A DNA stretch of 64,000 bases, from assembly GCF_037042905.1 (NCBI RefSeq), contig NC_087257.1, forward strand, positions 24,056,001-24,120,000. Reading direction: 5' to 3'. A model generated the notes under the pieces. The model was not told the DNA's origin, searched no databases, and saw only the letters and a program-made list of their open reading frames with translations. Below are positions 35,201 through 47,990 of this stretch, piece by piece. This stretch comes from Lytechinus pictus (lineage: Eukaryota). How positions within the stretch are numbered: position 1 is the first letter of the stretch; each line of letters starts with the position of its first letter. Both the position numbers and the translations under genes were made by a program.

Positions 35201-37646
35201 TATAAATTCCAAATAAATTCAGAAAAATATTATTGATGATCACTCTGGTGATTCAAAGGCATATTCTTAAACATATTATTAACTGTCATAAATCCAAATT
35301 CAATGATCTACAGTGTATTAAACTTAACAGAATAAAGCTTGCAGATCAGTGAAAGAACTAGGTTTGGTATACTTCTTCAATCTACCAAGGAAAGAGTGAA
35401 GTATTGCAATACTTGTACTGCTAAGAACAAGCGTCTGAATATTAATAATAAATCGTGTACACACTCCACTCCTGTAGCAATGGGTGTAATCAGTGAAAGT
35501 ATATTTACAAATTACAGTGCAGCTTCAAGTTTCAGAAACTACACTTGTAGAATAGAATGTATCAAACTTGTACTACTCTGAGTAATCGCAGAAGTGTCAA
35601 TAAGTTTTACTTACTCTACGACTATTAAAAGAACCTAACAAGGATTCAACTTATCGAAGCCTCAACGATTACAGGAGTAGCATTCAATAATAATTGTTTA
35701 TTCCTAATGAATGCAATATATAAATAAATGTCAAACACACATTTATCCTACATCCGATTTTCTTTATTTTGTCTTTTGAATGTGGATAAGCCACCAACCA
35801 AAAAAATGAAAGTGAATGGCAACGAGCCTAAAAATGACTACTATTTAGAAATCAACTGGCGCAAAATGACAGCAGTGAATTTTGTACTTCACTGATGAAT
35901 GTGATTCTTGAGCCTGAATAGATCGAAATTTGCAAATTTTCAGCGCAAGAATGATGCTCCAAAAATACAAGAGCAACTATATGAAAAAAAAATAATTTAA
36001 AAGAATGTTGATATCAATTATTCTGATATCAAAGATCAATAGTATCTGTACTTTTCACTTAACATCAGAATCAAGAGTTGATTGAATTAAAATAAGTATT
36101 TTCAAGAGCCTTATTAAAATTTAATTCAGTACTTCTTGTACCTTCAGTTGAGATCTAAAATATAGAAATTAAATTTACAAGAATTATTCCAAAGAAAAAT
36201 TCCCGATCTAACAATGCTTGTTAAAATTAATCAACTAGGAAAACCTGAATTTCAAACAGACAAAAAGACAATCCAGGATAACCTCCAAGAAAAATTTCCT
36301 ACAAAGAACTAAGGGCCTGAAATTAAATTCCAAGTCCTCGTTCAAACCAGTTGTACACCGAGTCAAAAGGCAAAGCAAACAATTGCACTTGTTGGCTCCA
36401 GGTATACACGGTCAGGAAATTACAAACACCTGAGAGATTAAACAAGATTATTGGCTGCAAAGACTCCTAAAAAATCCTAATAATGGAATTTGATATCAAA
36501 TTCAGACAAAAGGATTTTTCTAACCTGGACTAAATTAAGTATTTTAGGGTTAGAAATTGAACTTCCAAGACTTTTAGTAATCAGGACAACAGTGCTTAGC
36601 TTATTTACTAATCCACTAAGAAAATTAAACTTAAAGATCCAAAAAAGACTAGACCTCTTTATTTTTCTTAAGATCAAATAATCTGAAGCTCAGAAGATTA
36701 ATTAAATAAATTCTGTTAAGTTTCCAGTTCGAACTGTCTTTCTCAAATGCAAACTAGTGCTATAGCACAGACACTCACACGTCAGATAAAAGGCTGACGC
36801 TAATGACACCGGACGAAGAAGCTTGGAGTTGGCGTGATAAAATAGGTTAGATCTACGAACAAGAAATACAATATAGAAACAAGGAATTTAGCCCAAAACG
36901 CGTAAATATTGAGTCAAGAGACAATTAGCAGCTAAATTCAGGAAATTGTCAGCAAAAACTGACGAAAAGAAAACTCGCGCTCGTTCAGAATTTGCCTTCA
37001 CGGCGACGATAGCCGGCTCGTGAACGTTATCCCTGCCTGGAGTTACGGACCAGACAGAGAGGTGCGTTGCGCTGGGGTTGGTTGGAAACCGCGCGACGTT
37101 AGATCTAAAATTAACTAATAAAGAATGATCCAATTACAAAATCAACTTCTACGAGTTCCTACTTAGAACTAATCTTCAAAATAAATCAACAGTCAAATAC
37201 GATAATCGTATAAAATCAGAATTTTGCAAATTCTAACTCTGATCGACTGTTGTGTTTACGTCAACGAGAGTCTCGATCTCGATCAAGTGAAAAATATAAA
37301 AGTCACGTGATTCGGCTCGACAGTACAGTGATGACTCACTCAATTATTCGCCGATCGAGGGTAGATTGTCAATTTTTGGTCAAAAACAATCTATTACTTC
37401 TTGACTTCCAAATCAATGGCAATGAAAATCAGCACATAGAGTTACCAATAGTGATGATTCAATTAATTTCGAATCAAAACGACATAAAAACATGTAACAT
37501 GAAGAACATAGAGAATAATTTATCTAAGTTATCAAGAAATAAATAGCCTACCGGTTTCTCTGCAAAACTACACAATTTCGAAAAATTATGGAGCCTACAC
37601 CCAACCAGCCCAAACTACAAATTATTTGATAGGGAAGATAAAATTA

Positions 37647-37870
37647 TTCAGACTTCTCTTTCCCAGTCCCAACGGGTCTGACACTGGTATTGACAGAAGT
37701 CTATTCACAGAAATATTTCAGACGTCTATATTTTTTCCAGCCCCAACGGGTCTGACACTGGAATTATTATACAGAAGTCTATTTACACAAATAATTCAGA
37801 CGTCTATTTTTTCCAGTCCCAACGGGTCTGACACTGGAATTATTTATAGATGTCTATATATTCACACACA
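37647..37870. repeat. Three tandem units of about 70-78 bp in the leader of B
   Basis: Core CCAG(T/C)CCCAACGGGTCTGACACTGG occurs three times. Confidence 0.9.
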
Positions 37871-39092
37871 ATTCTACCGAGTGGGTGAACAATTAGCAAC
37901 AATGAGTAACAATAACTTTTAGATTGAATTTAAGACAATGACAATCACAGTTATTAAAGAGAAACAATCACAATATCAGATGGGATGAATGAAATGCTTT
38001 AAAGAAAATTCACAAGATGTGTATTGATTAAGAACAAAATTCAAGAGTATATTTTCAAGTTACAGGTAAGATCCGAAGCTCAGAAAACCCACCTATTTTC
38101 TAGTAACAGGTAAGATCTGAAATTCAGAAAAACCCACCTCTAACGTACCACCGACACAAGTGTAATTTCGAGCTGGGTAAAAATTTGAAGTAAATTCAGA
38201 CTATTACTCAACTCGGCAACCAGGAGTATTAGAACTGGCTGTAAAAAACACTTGCCAAATGTCGATAGAAAATATATACTGGAAAATAGAAATGTATGAA
38301 CAGCAACTCTACGCCCTCAAAATATTTGTGCACTGCTCGATATGCAAGAATATGAAATTCTAGGAAACTCTTACCAACTGGAATAATTACTGAGGATCGA
38401 AAGAGAATTTCAAGTTCAAATTAACTTTTCCAATGCAATAAATCCACCAAATACTCACACCCGACTTTTTTTTTTTTTTTTTTTTTTTTTTTGGAACGGT
38501 GTGGTGTGAACGTTCCGAATTCGGAAGAAATCTTAAAGACAATGGCGGACTAAAAATATCCAAGCCTAGATGCAGATTTCAAACAATTCACAAACAAAAG
38601 CAACGAGATGGTAAGTTACGCAAAAATATGCAAGGAACGAAATTCTTGATCGCGAGCCAAACAATAGAAGAGACTCGCGAAGAATGCGATAAGAAATGCA
38701 AGTGCAACTAAACAATGTAGGGCGTGTGCACAGAGAATACCACGTGCGTTGCAATGAAAATGCAACGTAGTGGACATGAAATAATTCCCTAGATATGGCA
38801 AATATATTTAAAAATCCACTTGTATCAAACAAGAAATGATATCATGTACGGAAAAATGATAAAACTAAAACAAGATGTGTGCGAGATGCATGCGAATCCA
38901 CGCAATCACGGCACGCAAATTTACAATTCTCGGTAGAGAGCGGAAAACTTCTCACTCACTCTCCGTTCGATACACACTTCTAAATCACTCACAAATGACT
39001 TTTATGAGCAAATATAAAGTATGAAGGGACATGAAAAGATGAAAATGAAAATGACAGGCGCACAGGACGATCCGAAAACTCGCAATCGCCAA

Positions 39093-39633
39093 TGTTGTAA
39101 AAATGTATATGTTGTGGTGATGTGTTAGCGATGGTGTGATGGCACGAGATACGATACAATACGATGGCGAGTGGTTATAAATGACAAGTACAACACTGAC
39201 AATGGTTACGACTCACGACATTCACAAATGGGTTAATTACCGACGGTACAAGACACGGACAACAACTAATACTCACCTGACACTTGTACTAAGGATTCCA
39301 CACGGTAGATAACTAACTCAGGTAACATTGACTTCTATGTAGCTAGGTTGCAGACCATGGCGCCGAGTGGGGAACAGCTGGGATGCGTGTCCACACTCGA
39401 TGGCGTCTCGGGGTCTTCTCTCTCTGGTGTCTAGTCTGGATCTAATCTCTTGCACCAGCTTGTGTACGTGCTGTGCAACGCACGTACACACGTAGCATGC
39501 GAAGGAGCATATAAAGGCTCCTCCAATCAGGACGCTCCTCGCATGCACACAGCACACACACAGACTTAACATACATGAACATAGGTCAATACATAGACTA
39601 ATACATATACAGGTACATGGCAAATTTACTACA
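39093..39633 (-). repeat. 5' LTR of B (541 bp)
   Basis: Direct repeat of 32129-32650; minus-strand ATTGG followed by TATA-like TTTATAT. Confidence 0.93.
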
Positions 39634-39637
39634 GTTA

Positions 39638-39968
39638 GTTATGTAATTTTCCATTATCCATTTTTAAAGACAGGTCTAAATTTGACCCTAATCACCTTAA
39701 ATACATTACAGAAATATATGTAGGAATTAAGCATAAACTACACTGTAATATTAATCGAACAGAATTTAACGTACCTTCAGTTTTGTATTAAAAAACGAAG
39801 AAAACTCGGGATCGACCAAGGTCGATGTACCTTCGAACGGTCTTGTTTTAGCTGTGACCTTGCTTTGACCTTGAAGGGTAATTAGTCTAAACTCAAGTAC
39901 ATGCAAAAAACCAAACATTTCAAAAGGCAACAATATCTGAATATCAAAAACTATGTCATTCTATGACA
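39638..39968 (-). repeat. 5' LTR of A, distal (U3) part
   Basis: Matches 25479-25809 and is followed by the GGAAA TSD. Confidence 0.96.
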
Positions 39969-41863
39969 GGAAATATGTTATCTGAAAGAAGCGGTAATTT
40001 AAACTGCCACCCCTTTGCCTTCGAGTCCTGTCTTTTCTTTGAGCCGTGTTTCTGAAGGCAAGATAAGGGTTTGAGCAAAAGCAAAGGGTTATAGGCATAC
40101 GAAATAAAGCAATTGCTGAGGCATGATCTTTTACTTGGCTAGCACTTGCTTGTGCTTAAAGCAATTGCTTGCCAGTTGCCAGCAGTAGCTACTTTTTATG
40201 CATCTGACCCATTGGCGTACAGATGGGGGAGGGAGGGGCCCATAAAATCTCGCGACCAAGAAAAAAATGAAAAAAAAAAAAAAAGGGATTTAAAGAATGA
40301 TTTGTCAAAATTCATCACTGGATTAGATTTTCGTAGTAAATAAAAAAAATCGCTCGCTTCAATCGCACGCAGCTGTTGAAAAATATCGCTCTGTACGATA
40401 TGTCTGGCCCCCTATTATTGTTTTTAGTATTACGCTATTGGTTCAGGACAATCAATTTACAATATAAAGCAAATTAATTGCATTTTATTAGGACAAGTAC
40501 CATCTTAGTTCCCACTGCCAATCTTTTGTTGGAACCGGATGTTTGGGACCAGATATTTTGGACCGAGTTTAGTCGAATGAGGTATCGTTTTCAATCTCCC
40601 ACGACAATGTGGACTATCTCAGGGGTACTAAAAGACTTTTTTTTTTGGGGGGGGGGGGGGGGGGGCTAAAAGAAAACAAAAGTTTTGAAAATCTAAATCT
40701 TGGACAGGAATGTTTACACTTATTATAATGCATGATGTTTTTTCTCATAAACATAAATAACATATCAGACGCCGACTTTGAACCAAATGATATATTTATT
40801 AATATAATCATAAATAGATACATCTAATGAAAAAACCATAGATTTGTGTAACACTGTTTTCACAATGATTACGATTAGGGGTTTCGCTAAAGCATAATCC
40901 AAATCTACACTGGCAATTTATTTTTATTTCATGTTTGTTAACTAATTGCAACCATGACAGTTGGATTTTGTCGATAAACCGAAATAATTATTTATGTTTT
41001 GGAATAAAACTTACGTTTTCCACGATATTCAGTTGCACAATGGTAGAAGGCAACCTGCAGCCTATCCCTTAAACGTTAAAAGCTCCACAGTGGCGGACCC
41101 AAGAAGGGGCACACACGGCCCGTGTCCCCCCTTGAGAATAATGTGCACGTTTATGTGTGTCATGTAAATCACCTTCATTTGGAAGTGAAACCCATTTTAC
41201 TTATATTTTTTGTTTGTCAAAAATTTTCGGAACAGAAATGCCCCCCCCCCCTTTGAAATTCCTGGATCCGCCCCAATTACAAAAAAAAAAAGATACAATG
41301 GAACATAAGTGATCAACTAAATATCTTTCCACGCGTGTGGCAACCATGGTAACGATAAGTCTCCAGTCTTTTGAATTTTTATGGTGCTATTCAGATCGAC
41401 AAAATAGGAGTTTTCGCTCACCGACGCACGGACAATTCTAAAACTGAGAAACTGTAGGCCTATCGTCAAATGCCTTTCATGACAAAGAACTTAGAAGTCT
41501 TTGTCGAAAATTGGCAGTTTGTCAAAAGAGCAGTTTCGTCCTTGACGCCGGACAAACCAGAGTTTGCAATTTTTCGTCAGCCCAGAAACTTAGAACGGAA
41601 CTACTGTTCCGGTTCACCAATTTCGACAAAGACCAGCTGTTCTTTATCATTTGACGGGTATTTTCAATAAATTTAATGTATTCTTGAACCCTCGGTACAT
41701 TGCAGAGTGAAAACTCACTATAACGAGGGAACACAACCCTCTATCGTGTGCAGGAAAATTTGCATTGCCTCTGAACTGTTTAGCGTTTTAAGGAATTTTC
41801 CAGTCCTACTAAAGTCCTTACTGAACATGTTGAATAAGGAGGAGTAATCTTACTTTCCCTAAC

Positions 41864-42771
41864 CATGGACCTATGAAGAGATGGACGATTAACGCGAGCA
41901 TTTCTTTGGTCCAATGATAGTCGAGTCACCGTCGCCTGGTTATGCGCATCTTAATGAGAACATACAGGCGTTGTAACAATAGCAATTACCATGACTACCA
42001 AGGCGTATCTGATCACCCAAAGACGGAACAGTTTCCGGTCTTGATTTTTGTTGGCTGATACCCTGTTTCAGCATGTGCCTTTCAGTCAACATGTTTCATA
42101 TTTGGAGCAGCAAACTTGAGAAGCAGACGATTTTTATGATATAAAATATATGATTCGATCCGCTAACTACCGCTCACATATAAGGAATGCAATAACATTG
42201 AGAGATACACGATCTATACATGTTATGTTTCACGTATATCTGGAATATTATGGAGAAACTTGGGAAAATTAAATTTTAAATGGTAAACCATCAATCACAA
42301 TATTGCCTCTATATTAAGATATGCAGACGTTTTCCCAAATAAAACACATGGAACTAAGATTACCAAAGGTAAACAAGAACTGCACATCGATTTTCCATGA
42401 TTTAAGTGATTTGTTATCTATTGCGCATATTTTGTGAAATATAAATGTCCAGTCACGAACTGCTTCAGTCCCTTCTCACGGTGACGATCACAGGACCAAA
42501 AAAGACTAGTATGAAGAGAATGTTATTCAGATGACAATTACAGTCACATGGGGAGCATTTCATGAAAGGACATGTCAGACGTTTTATCCGACAAGTCCCA
42601 TTTTATCCGACAGTTACCATAGTTACAGTGCTTCTCAGCCAATCAAAATCAAGGAAAGATGTCAGATCTGACAACTTGTCGGACAAAAATGTTGATGAAA
42701 CGCCCCCCAGTTCGCATGGTTAGTGAATTCATTATCTAAGCGATGAATGTCCGTCTCTTCATAGGTCCATG
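41864..42771. mobile_element. P-element-like non-autonomous element (908 bp) containing a nested MITE at about 42550-42708
   Basis: TIR CATGGACCTATGAAGAGATGGAC / GTCCGTCTCTTCATAGGTCCATG; 7-bp TSD CCCTAAC (41857-41863, 42772-42778). Confidence 0.8.
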
Positions 42772-44233
42772 CCCTAACAAGACAATGTCTGTAGCAATAA
42801 AGCTATAAGGAATGGCCATGCATGATTGGAAAGCAAAAATTCGCTGAGTCTTATAACCAAAGTCGGTCTGGATTTATTTTAAAAACCATAGGGTCGTTAT
42901 TCTGAACTCCTTTGTAACCATCAGATGGTGATGGTCTAAATAAGTTCCGGATTATCTCGGGGTAGCAAAGTGTGACAAAAATCCCCACAACTTGATGATA
43001 ACTTTATCATCACATTTGGCACTCAAGGCATTATGAATCCAGGTGGATGTTCATAAAGCTGTTCGTAAGATACGAAAGACTTTACGCACTGTGAATGCCT
43101 TTTGACTGGAGATAATTTCTTGTGCTATATGATATCCCTATATAATTGAGTTATGACCTAAGAATATGTTCCAGTCGTGCCTAAAGTCATTCGTAACTTT
43201 GCGAAGAGCTTTATGAAACATTAACCTGAAATGATAAATACGGTAGTTGTTTTCACCATGATGAAATATGGAAAGATCCAAGTAAACTCACAAGAAACAC
43301 AAAGTGTCAACAAATGTTTGACGCGTATTTGTACCCATAATTTCAGCCCAGACCTGGACCATTTGGTTTAAAAACTAAACATGAGCTGAGAATACGGGCC
43401 ATGTAGTTTAGCGTGCGATACCACTTAATAAGAAACTCTTGGGGAAATCACCGTTACATTTATAAATCTACAAGTACTAGAGTAGCAAAAGAAACCATCA
43501 TAATAGTTATCAACTAATAACTCGATGATATTACTCGGCATAATGACGGCATGGTGACCGTCATCATTATATAGTTGTAGAAAACTGGAATACAACTCAC
43601 ATTCTAATGACTATAGTAGGATGGGGGGTCGGGTGTCCGGACACTTTATATTTTTGAAGTCTTCTTTTTTGTCTTTGGATTACACTAAAAATATGAATTC
43701 AATACTTATTAATCATCTTCTATTTTGTTCTTTATAATATTTCCTAACATTTTGTACTAAAAATTGATGAAACTTCGCTTGTAATTTTTTCCAAATGACT
43801 TTCTAAAATTGATCGTCCGGACACACAACCTGTCCGGACACACAACAACTGGGTATAAACCATTTTCTCTGAAGTAAAAAATGTAATACAAACAAAACTA
43901 ATATTGCCACAACAAACTCAATCCGAAGATCGCTAAATGGTTTTCCTGCGATATTTTCTTCTTGGAATCATATGGTAGTCTGTTCCGTTTATTGTCCTAA
44001 CACCTCAGTCGCCTTTGCTCTACGACGGCCGTACGCCGAGTCGAAAACAGCCGTGTCCAGCGACATAATAGGTGGTTTGAATAACCGATGTCATAACCCG
44101 GTACGCGGTCATAATGCGCCCTCTCTTGTTTGTGGCACAACCACTAAAATTTAAAAAAAAATTGCGCGCACTGTGACGGGTCCGCTTCGTGTCCCTAGCC
44201 CCTGGCACGCATTTTGGTGTACATGAGTCTTCA

Positions 44234-45042
44234 TTATTTAGGGCATATGTAAGACAGTAACGTCCGCACACCTCTAGATATGATTGCCTTGTCTGGGTGA
44301 ATAGCATCTCTATTTGAAAATCCTACTACCATCGACCACTGATCTATAAATCCAATTTTATTATCATAGCTCTTGAATACGTCTCTGAGTTTTAAATCCA
44401 GCTCCTTAGCGTACCAATCGCTATACGTCGCAGAAGATCCCCAACTGGGATGAGAGCGCGTATTCGCGCTTTTGATGACAACAAGGGTTTCGGGACTCCG
44501 ACGGTGCAATCTTTCTACCGCGGCCTTTATCCTTTGAACTCGATGCTCATAGAAAGACATGTTAACTGTTGTTAAATGAGCCCATATCGTAAACATGAAA
44601 ACCGTATCCGGTGTTGCGTCAAGCACGTCAAGCGCTTCCTCGATGTACTGCACTTCGGATGCATCGGTCCAATTATTCCGGATCGGGTATCCGTGATGTC
44701 GATAGTGAACCGTGAAGTTGTGAACACGGTCTTCAGCCAGCGAAGGTCCCACTTTCCAATTCGATTGCTTGGTGGGCGGGTTCGGTTTGAGGGTTCCTTT
44801 CAAAGTTTCCACGAGGTATTCAAAATACTGTCTGGTTGTCGAGTCGCCATGGAAATAGAGGGTTTTGTTGGTTAGACACTTTAGAGTTTCGGGGATTGCA
44901 AACGCACGAAGGCGACAAAAGTTGGAATACCACTGCCCCTTCAAGAAGTAGCCCGCTGACATTGAGCTAGAGAGATTGTGGGAACCTAAAATGCATGGAG
45001 GCAGTCTCTCGTTATGGCAATGCGGTGGTAGAGAGGATGTAT
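44234..45042 (-). CDS. NXPE: NXPE-family (neurexophilin/PC-esterase) protein, last exon
   Basis: SAGYF..GQW, CLTNKTLYFHGDSTTRQYFEYL (GDS motif), HGYP, VVIKSANTR, DxIHP, LSYICP; TTTCAG acceptor; TAA TGA stops. Confidence 0.93.
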
Positions 45043-46885
45043 CTGAAAGGGAAAAAAAAAACATTTATAATGTGAAGCAGTGGCATTCTGAGTAAAAAAA
45101 TTCTAGGGAGCCAACCCTTGCGAACAGAGATAGGGAAAGGGGCTTCTGAATAGTCGCGAGCGAGCGAAGTAAGCGAGAAAAATTACCTTGTACGAGAAAG
45201 AAAATATAATTTGGTGAGATTATTGATACCCAGGAGTTTATTTCATTTTCCATTTTCCATTTTATTTACTTTCTTTTTCTTCTCCCGTTCTAGGTAGGCC
45301 TACTTGTGCATGATGAGTCTTGCATTACAAAATAGTATATTTTTTTATCTGGATGATGACTCTTGACAGGTGGGCAACTAAATTTTAAACAAATTCTGTA
45401 AGCGGTAGGAAAATTACATAGACCAAACGAATCTATAGCTGTCAATAATTTACCCGTCACTCCATTGACCAGTGGTGTGAGTGGTCACAAATAAAAAGAT
45501 CTGAAAAAAGCTGAAGAGTGTTGAAAAAGTCTGAAATAGAAAGAGCTCCCATACTTTTTGTACAGAGGAAGGCCAAAAATAAGCTGAAATTAAGATGAAA
45601 ATAAAAAAAAATAATAATCTGAAATCAGATAAAAATCTGAACTCTCACACCCCTGATTGACAGACAACGGCCTATATACCAAATCTGTTGCTGGCTGGAA
45701 ACAGGATATTTCAAGATATTGATTTACCTTTGAAATAGGTGTAATGTTTCAATTATGGACAATATGGAATACATGCAAGCAGAACAACCTTACTAAACCC
45801 GATACCACCACGGGAGAAATGGTGGGCATATAGTGGACCACTTATAGTGAACAAATCATTGAAAAATAGAATATATAGGCTTACAGTCCCCCACCCCCCC
45901 CCCAAAAAAAAAAAAGGTTTCGAATATTAAGTAGTGTGGGCTGTTAAAATATGTATTCAATCTTAGAAAATTAAGTTTATTGATTTTATTTGACGCAACA
46001 TAATGTATGACAGAATAACAATCATTTTTTTATTTCTTTTGAATTCAATTCAATTCCATTGACATTGATTGAGATTAAATTCCCGATTAAAAAAATGTTT
46101 AAGAATAACAATAGTTATAAAAACCATATAGATCTAAATCCATAATTGACACTAGCTGTAAAAAAAACTAAGGTTTTTGTCAAGAGTTTCCCTAGTAAAT
46201 AGGATTAAATAATATTTTTGGCAAATTATGAATATAAACATAATAAAATAACAGCATCATATAATAAACAGAATTAGTGGCTGCGTTTTGATCCATACGG
46301 TATAATTTGAACTGTATTTGCATTAAATTACCTGGAGGCCGTTTCATAAAGCTGTTCGCAAGTTAAGAGCGACTTTAAGAACGACTGGTGATCCTTTCTT
46401 ACGCGCTAAACCATCGCCTATGGTGTATACCATTTACCAAAAGAAAGGATCTTACGAACAGCTTTATGAAACACCCACCAGGGCCCGTGTCACAAAAAAT
46501 TGCGACTGATCCGATCAACCATCACTATAAAGCCAGCGACGTCAACACCTAAAATTTGATTTGATTTGAATGCATGTTTATCCATGATACTTTCTAGATA
46601 TGTGTATGGCTATTCATACGGTTCAGTGACATTTGCTCCGGCGAGAATTGCTGCGCTGTAAATTCCACACACTAACGAAATTGCCAACTTCAACCTTTGA
46701 TTTAACACTATACCCCATCCTAAACCTAACATAAAACCCTATTGCAACCCTATATCTTAGACGAAATAAAGCCCGGAGCAATTGTCACCATTTCTTGAAA
46801 TTCAGTGTGCTTCTTTTTGTTCACAATGTACATTCATTGTGCAAATTCCCTGCAGAAAAAAATGTGACATTGATGGACTTCTATA

Positions 46886-47861
46886 CAGTGCGTATCAAAA
46901 AAAAGTTTACACTTTGAAAAAGCCCTTGTAATTAAAAAATATTCAACATGTAGGTAATTTTTTCACATATTATCTTCGGTTTGGGTCTCATCTATCTAAT
47001 GAAAGTAAAAGTTTTGACAGAATGTTACACTTGAGTGAGCACTGTCCATTTTTGTAAAGCTCGCAGAAATCTGTTTGCGCAGAAATGCTTGTTTTCACGC
47101 TGTGTCAAGGGGAAAGGGCGAAATCAAACTTACCCTGCGAAACATTTCCCTTGCACTTTTAGTCAATTGAAATAAAACGGATGCATTCAAACATTTTGTA
47201 ACAATTTTGCCGCCCAAATTTAAATTTCAACACTTAGTAAGCACAACTTTTACCCTTTTTGTGCTAGCTGGATCTGAGGACATAACTGAATCTGAACAAA
47301 AGTTTATATCAGACATCTCCAGCATTTTTTTACTAAGTCTTTATCATTTAAAGTAGGTTTACATTTCATTTTTCATTTAATACTTGTTTCTCCACACTTT
47401 TTCCAAGCTTGACAATGATTAACAAAATGAAAATCAAGCCTAAGCCATTTCATGTAAATCACAGCTCAGTGTAAAGCAAATATCGTCACAATGGCCTCGA
47501 AGTGTGGGGGACTGGGGTGGGGCACAATGCACTCTTTGAAGTGTTTTGGGCAAGGAAACAAGTTAAAAAAGGTTAAAGATATCTTCAAATAATTTTACTA
47601 GCTATATTCCACGTGTTCTTCATGATTAAGTTCTACTTTTATTCGCATAACTATTTCAAAGTTCTGCGCAAATCATTTTTCAATAACTTTTCAAAAGTAA
47701 GTGGTGCTCACTCAAGCGGAAATATTTTTGGACAGTTATATCTAAATTTTGCTTAAATGGATCTTTACCTATGTTAAAATGTGGAAAAATCTTCAAGATA
47801 TTACAAATGTATAATATTACAGGATTTTTTCTAAGTGTAAACTTTTTGTTGATAGGCACTG
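46886..47861. mobile_element. Tc1/mariner-like non-autonomous element nested in an older TIR element (about 46484-47907)
   Basis: TA-flanked TIR CAGTGCGTATCAAAAAAAAGTTTACACTT / AAGTGTAAACTTTTTGTTGATAGGCACTG. Confidence 0.8.
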
Positions 47862-47928
47862 TATAGTTTAGATTGATCGGATCAATTACAATTCTTTGTA
47901 AGACGGGATCCTATTTTTTACCACTCAC

Positions 47929-47990
47929 TTTTGTCTTGGTCGGTCACATTGACAAACTTGGCACCTTGTGGTCTGATTTCCTTCTTTTGC
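47929..47990 (-). CDS. NXPE: NXPE-family penultimate exon (RQKKEIRPQGAKFVNVTDQDK)
   Basis: TTACAG acceptor, GTGAGT donor; phases 2/1 join the flanking exons in frame. Confidence 0.8.

Larger units (their letters stand above)
32129..39633 (-). mobile_element. Non-autonomous gag-only Ty3/Gypsy-like LTR element B (7505 bp)
   Basis: LTRs 32129-32650 and 39093-39633 (TGTTGTAAA...TTTACTACA), 4-bp TSD GTTA, candidate PBS TGGCGATTGCG after the 5' LTR, PPT CCGGGAGGAA before the 3' LTR; one gag ORF and no RT/RH/IN ORF. Confidence 0.92.
24669..39968 (-). mobile_element. BEL/Pao LTR retrotransposon A, full length, 5' LTR interrupted by element B
   Basis: TG...CA LTRs, 5-bp TSD GGAAA (24664-24668, 39969-39973), PPT GGGGGTTGGGA next to the 3' LTR, single gag-pol ORF. 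Confidence 0.97.
24290..40210. mobile_element. PIF/Harbinger-like MITE (about 616 bp net) split by LTR element A
   Basis: TIR GAGTCAGATGCATTAAAAAG / CTTTTTATGCATCTGACCC; 3-bp TSD ATT at 24287-24289 and 40211-40213. Confidence 0.7.

Noticed and set aside
35890-35930. CTGATGA...GAAA as a possible hammerhead ribozyme (retrozyme) in element B
   Set aside because: Stem II does not close next to the core and I could not form stems I and III.
37647-37870. Repeat-spacer appearance suggesting a CRISPR array (also 54548-54884)
   Set aside because: The context is a eukaryotic retroelement, the inter-core sequences are partly homologous, and there are no cas genes.
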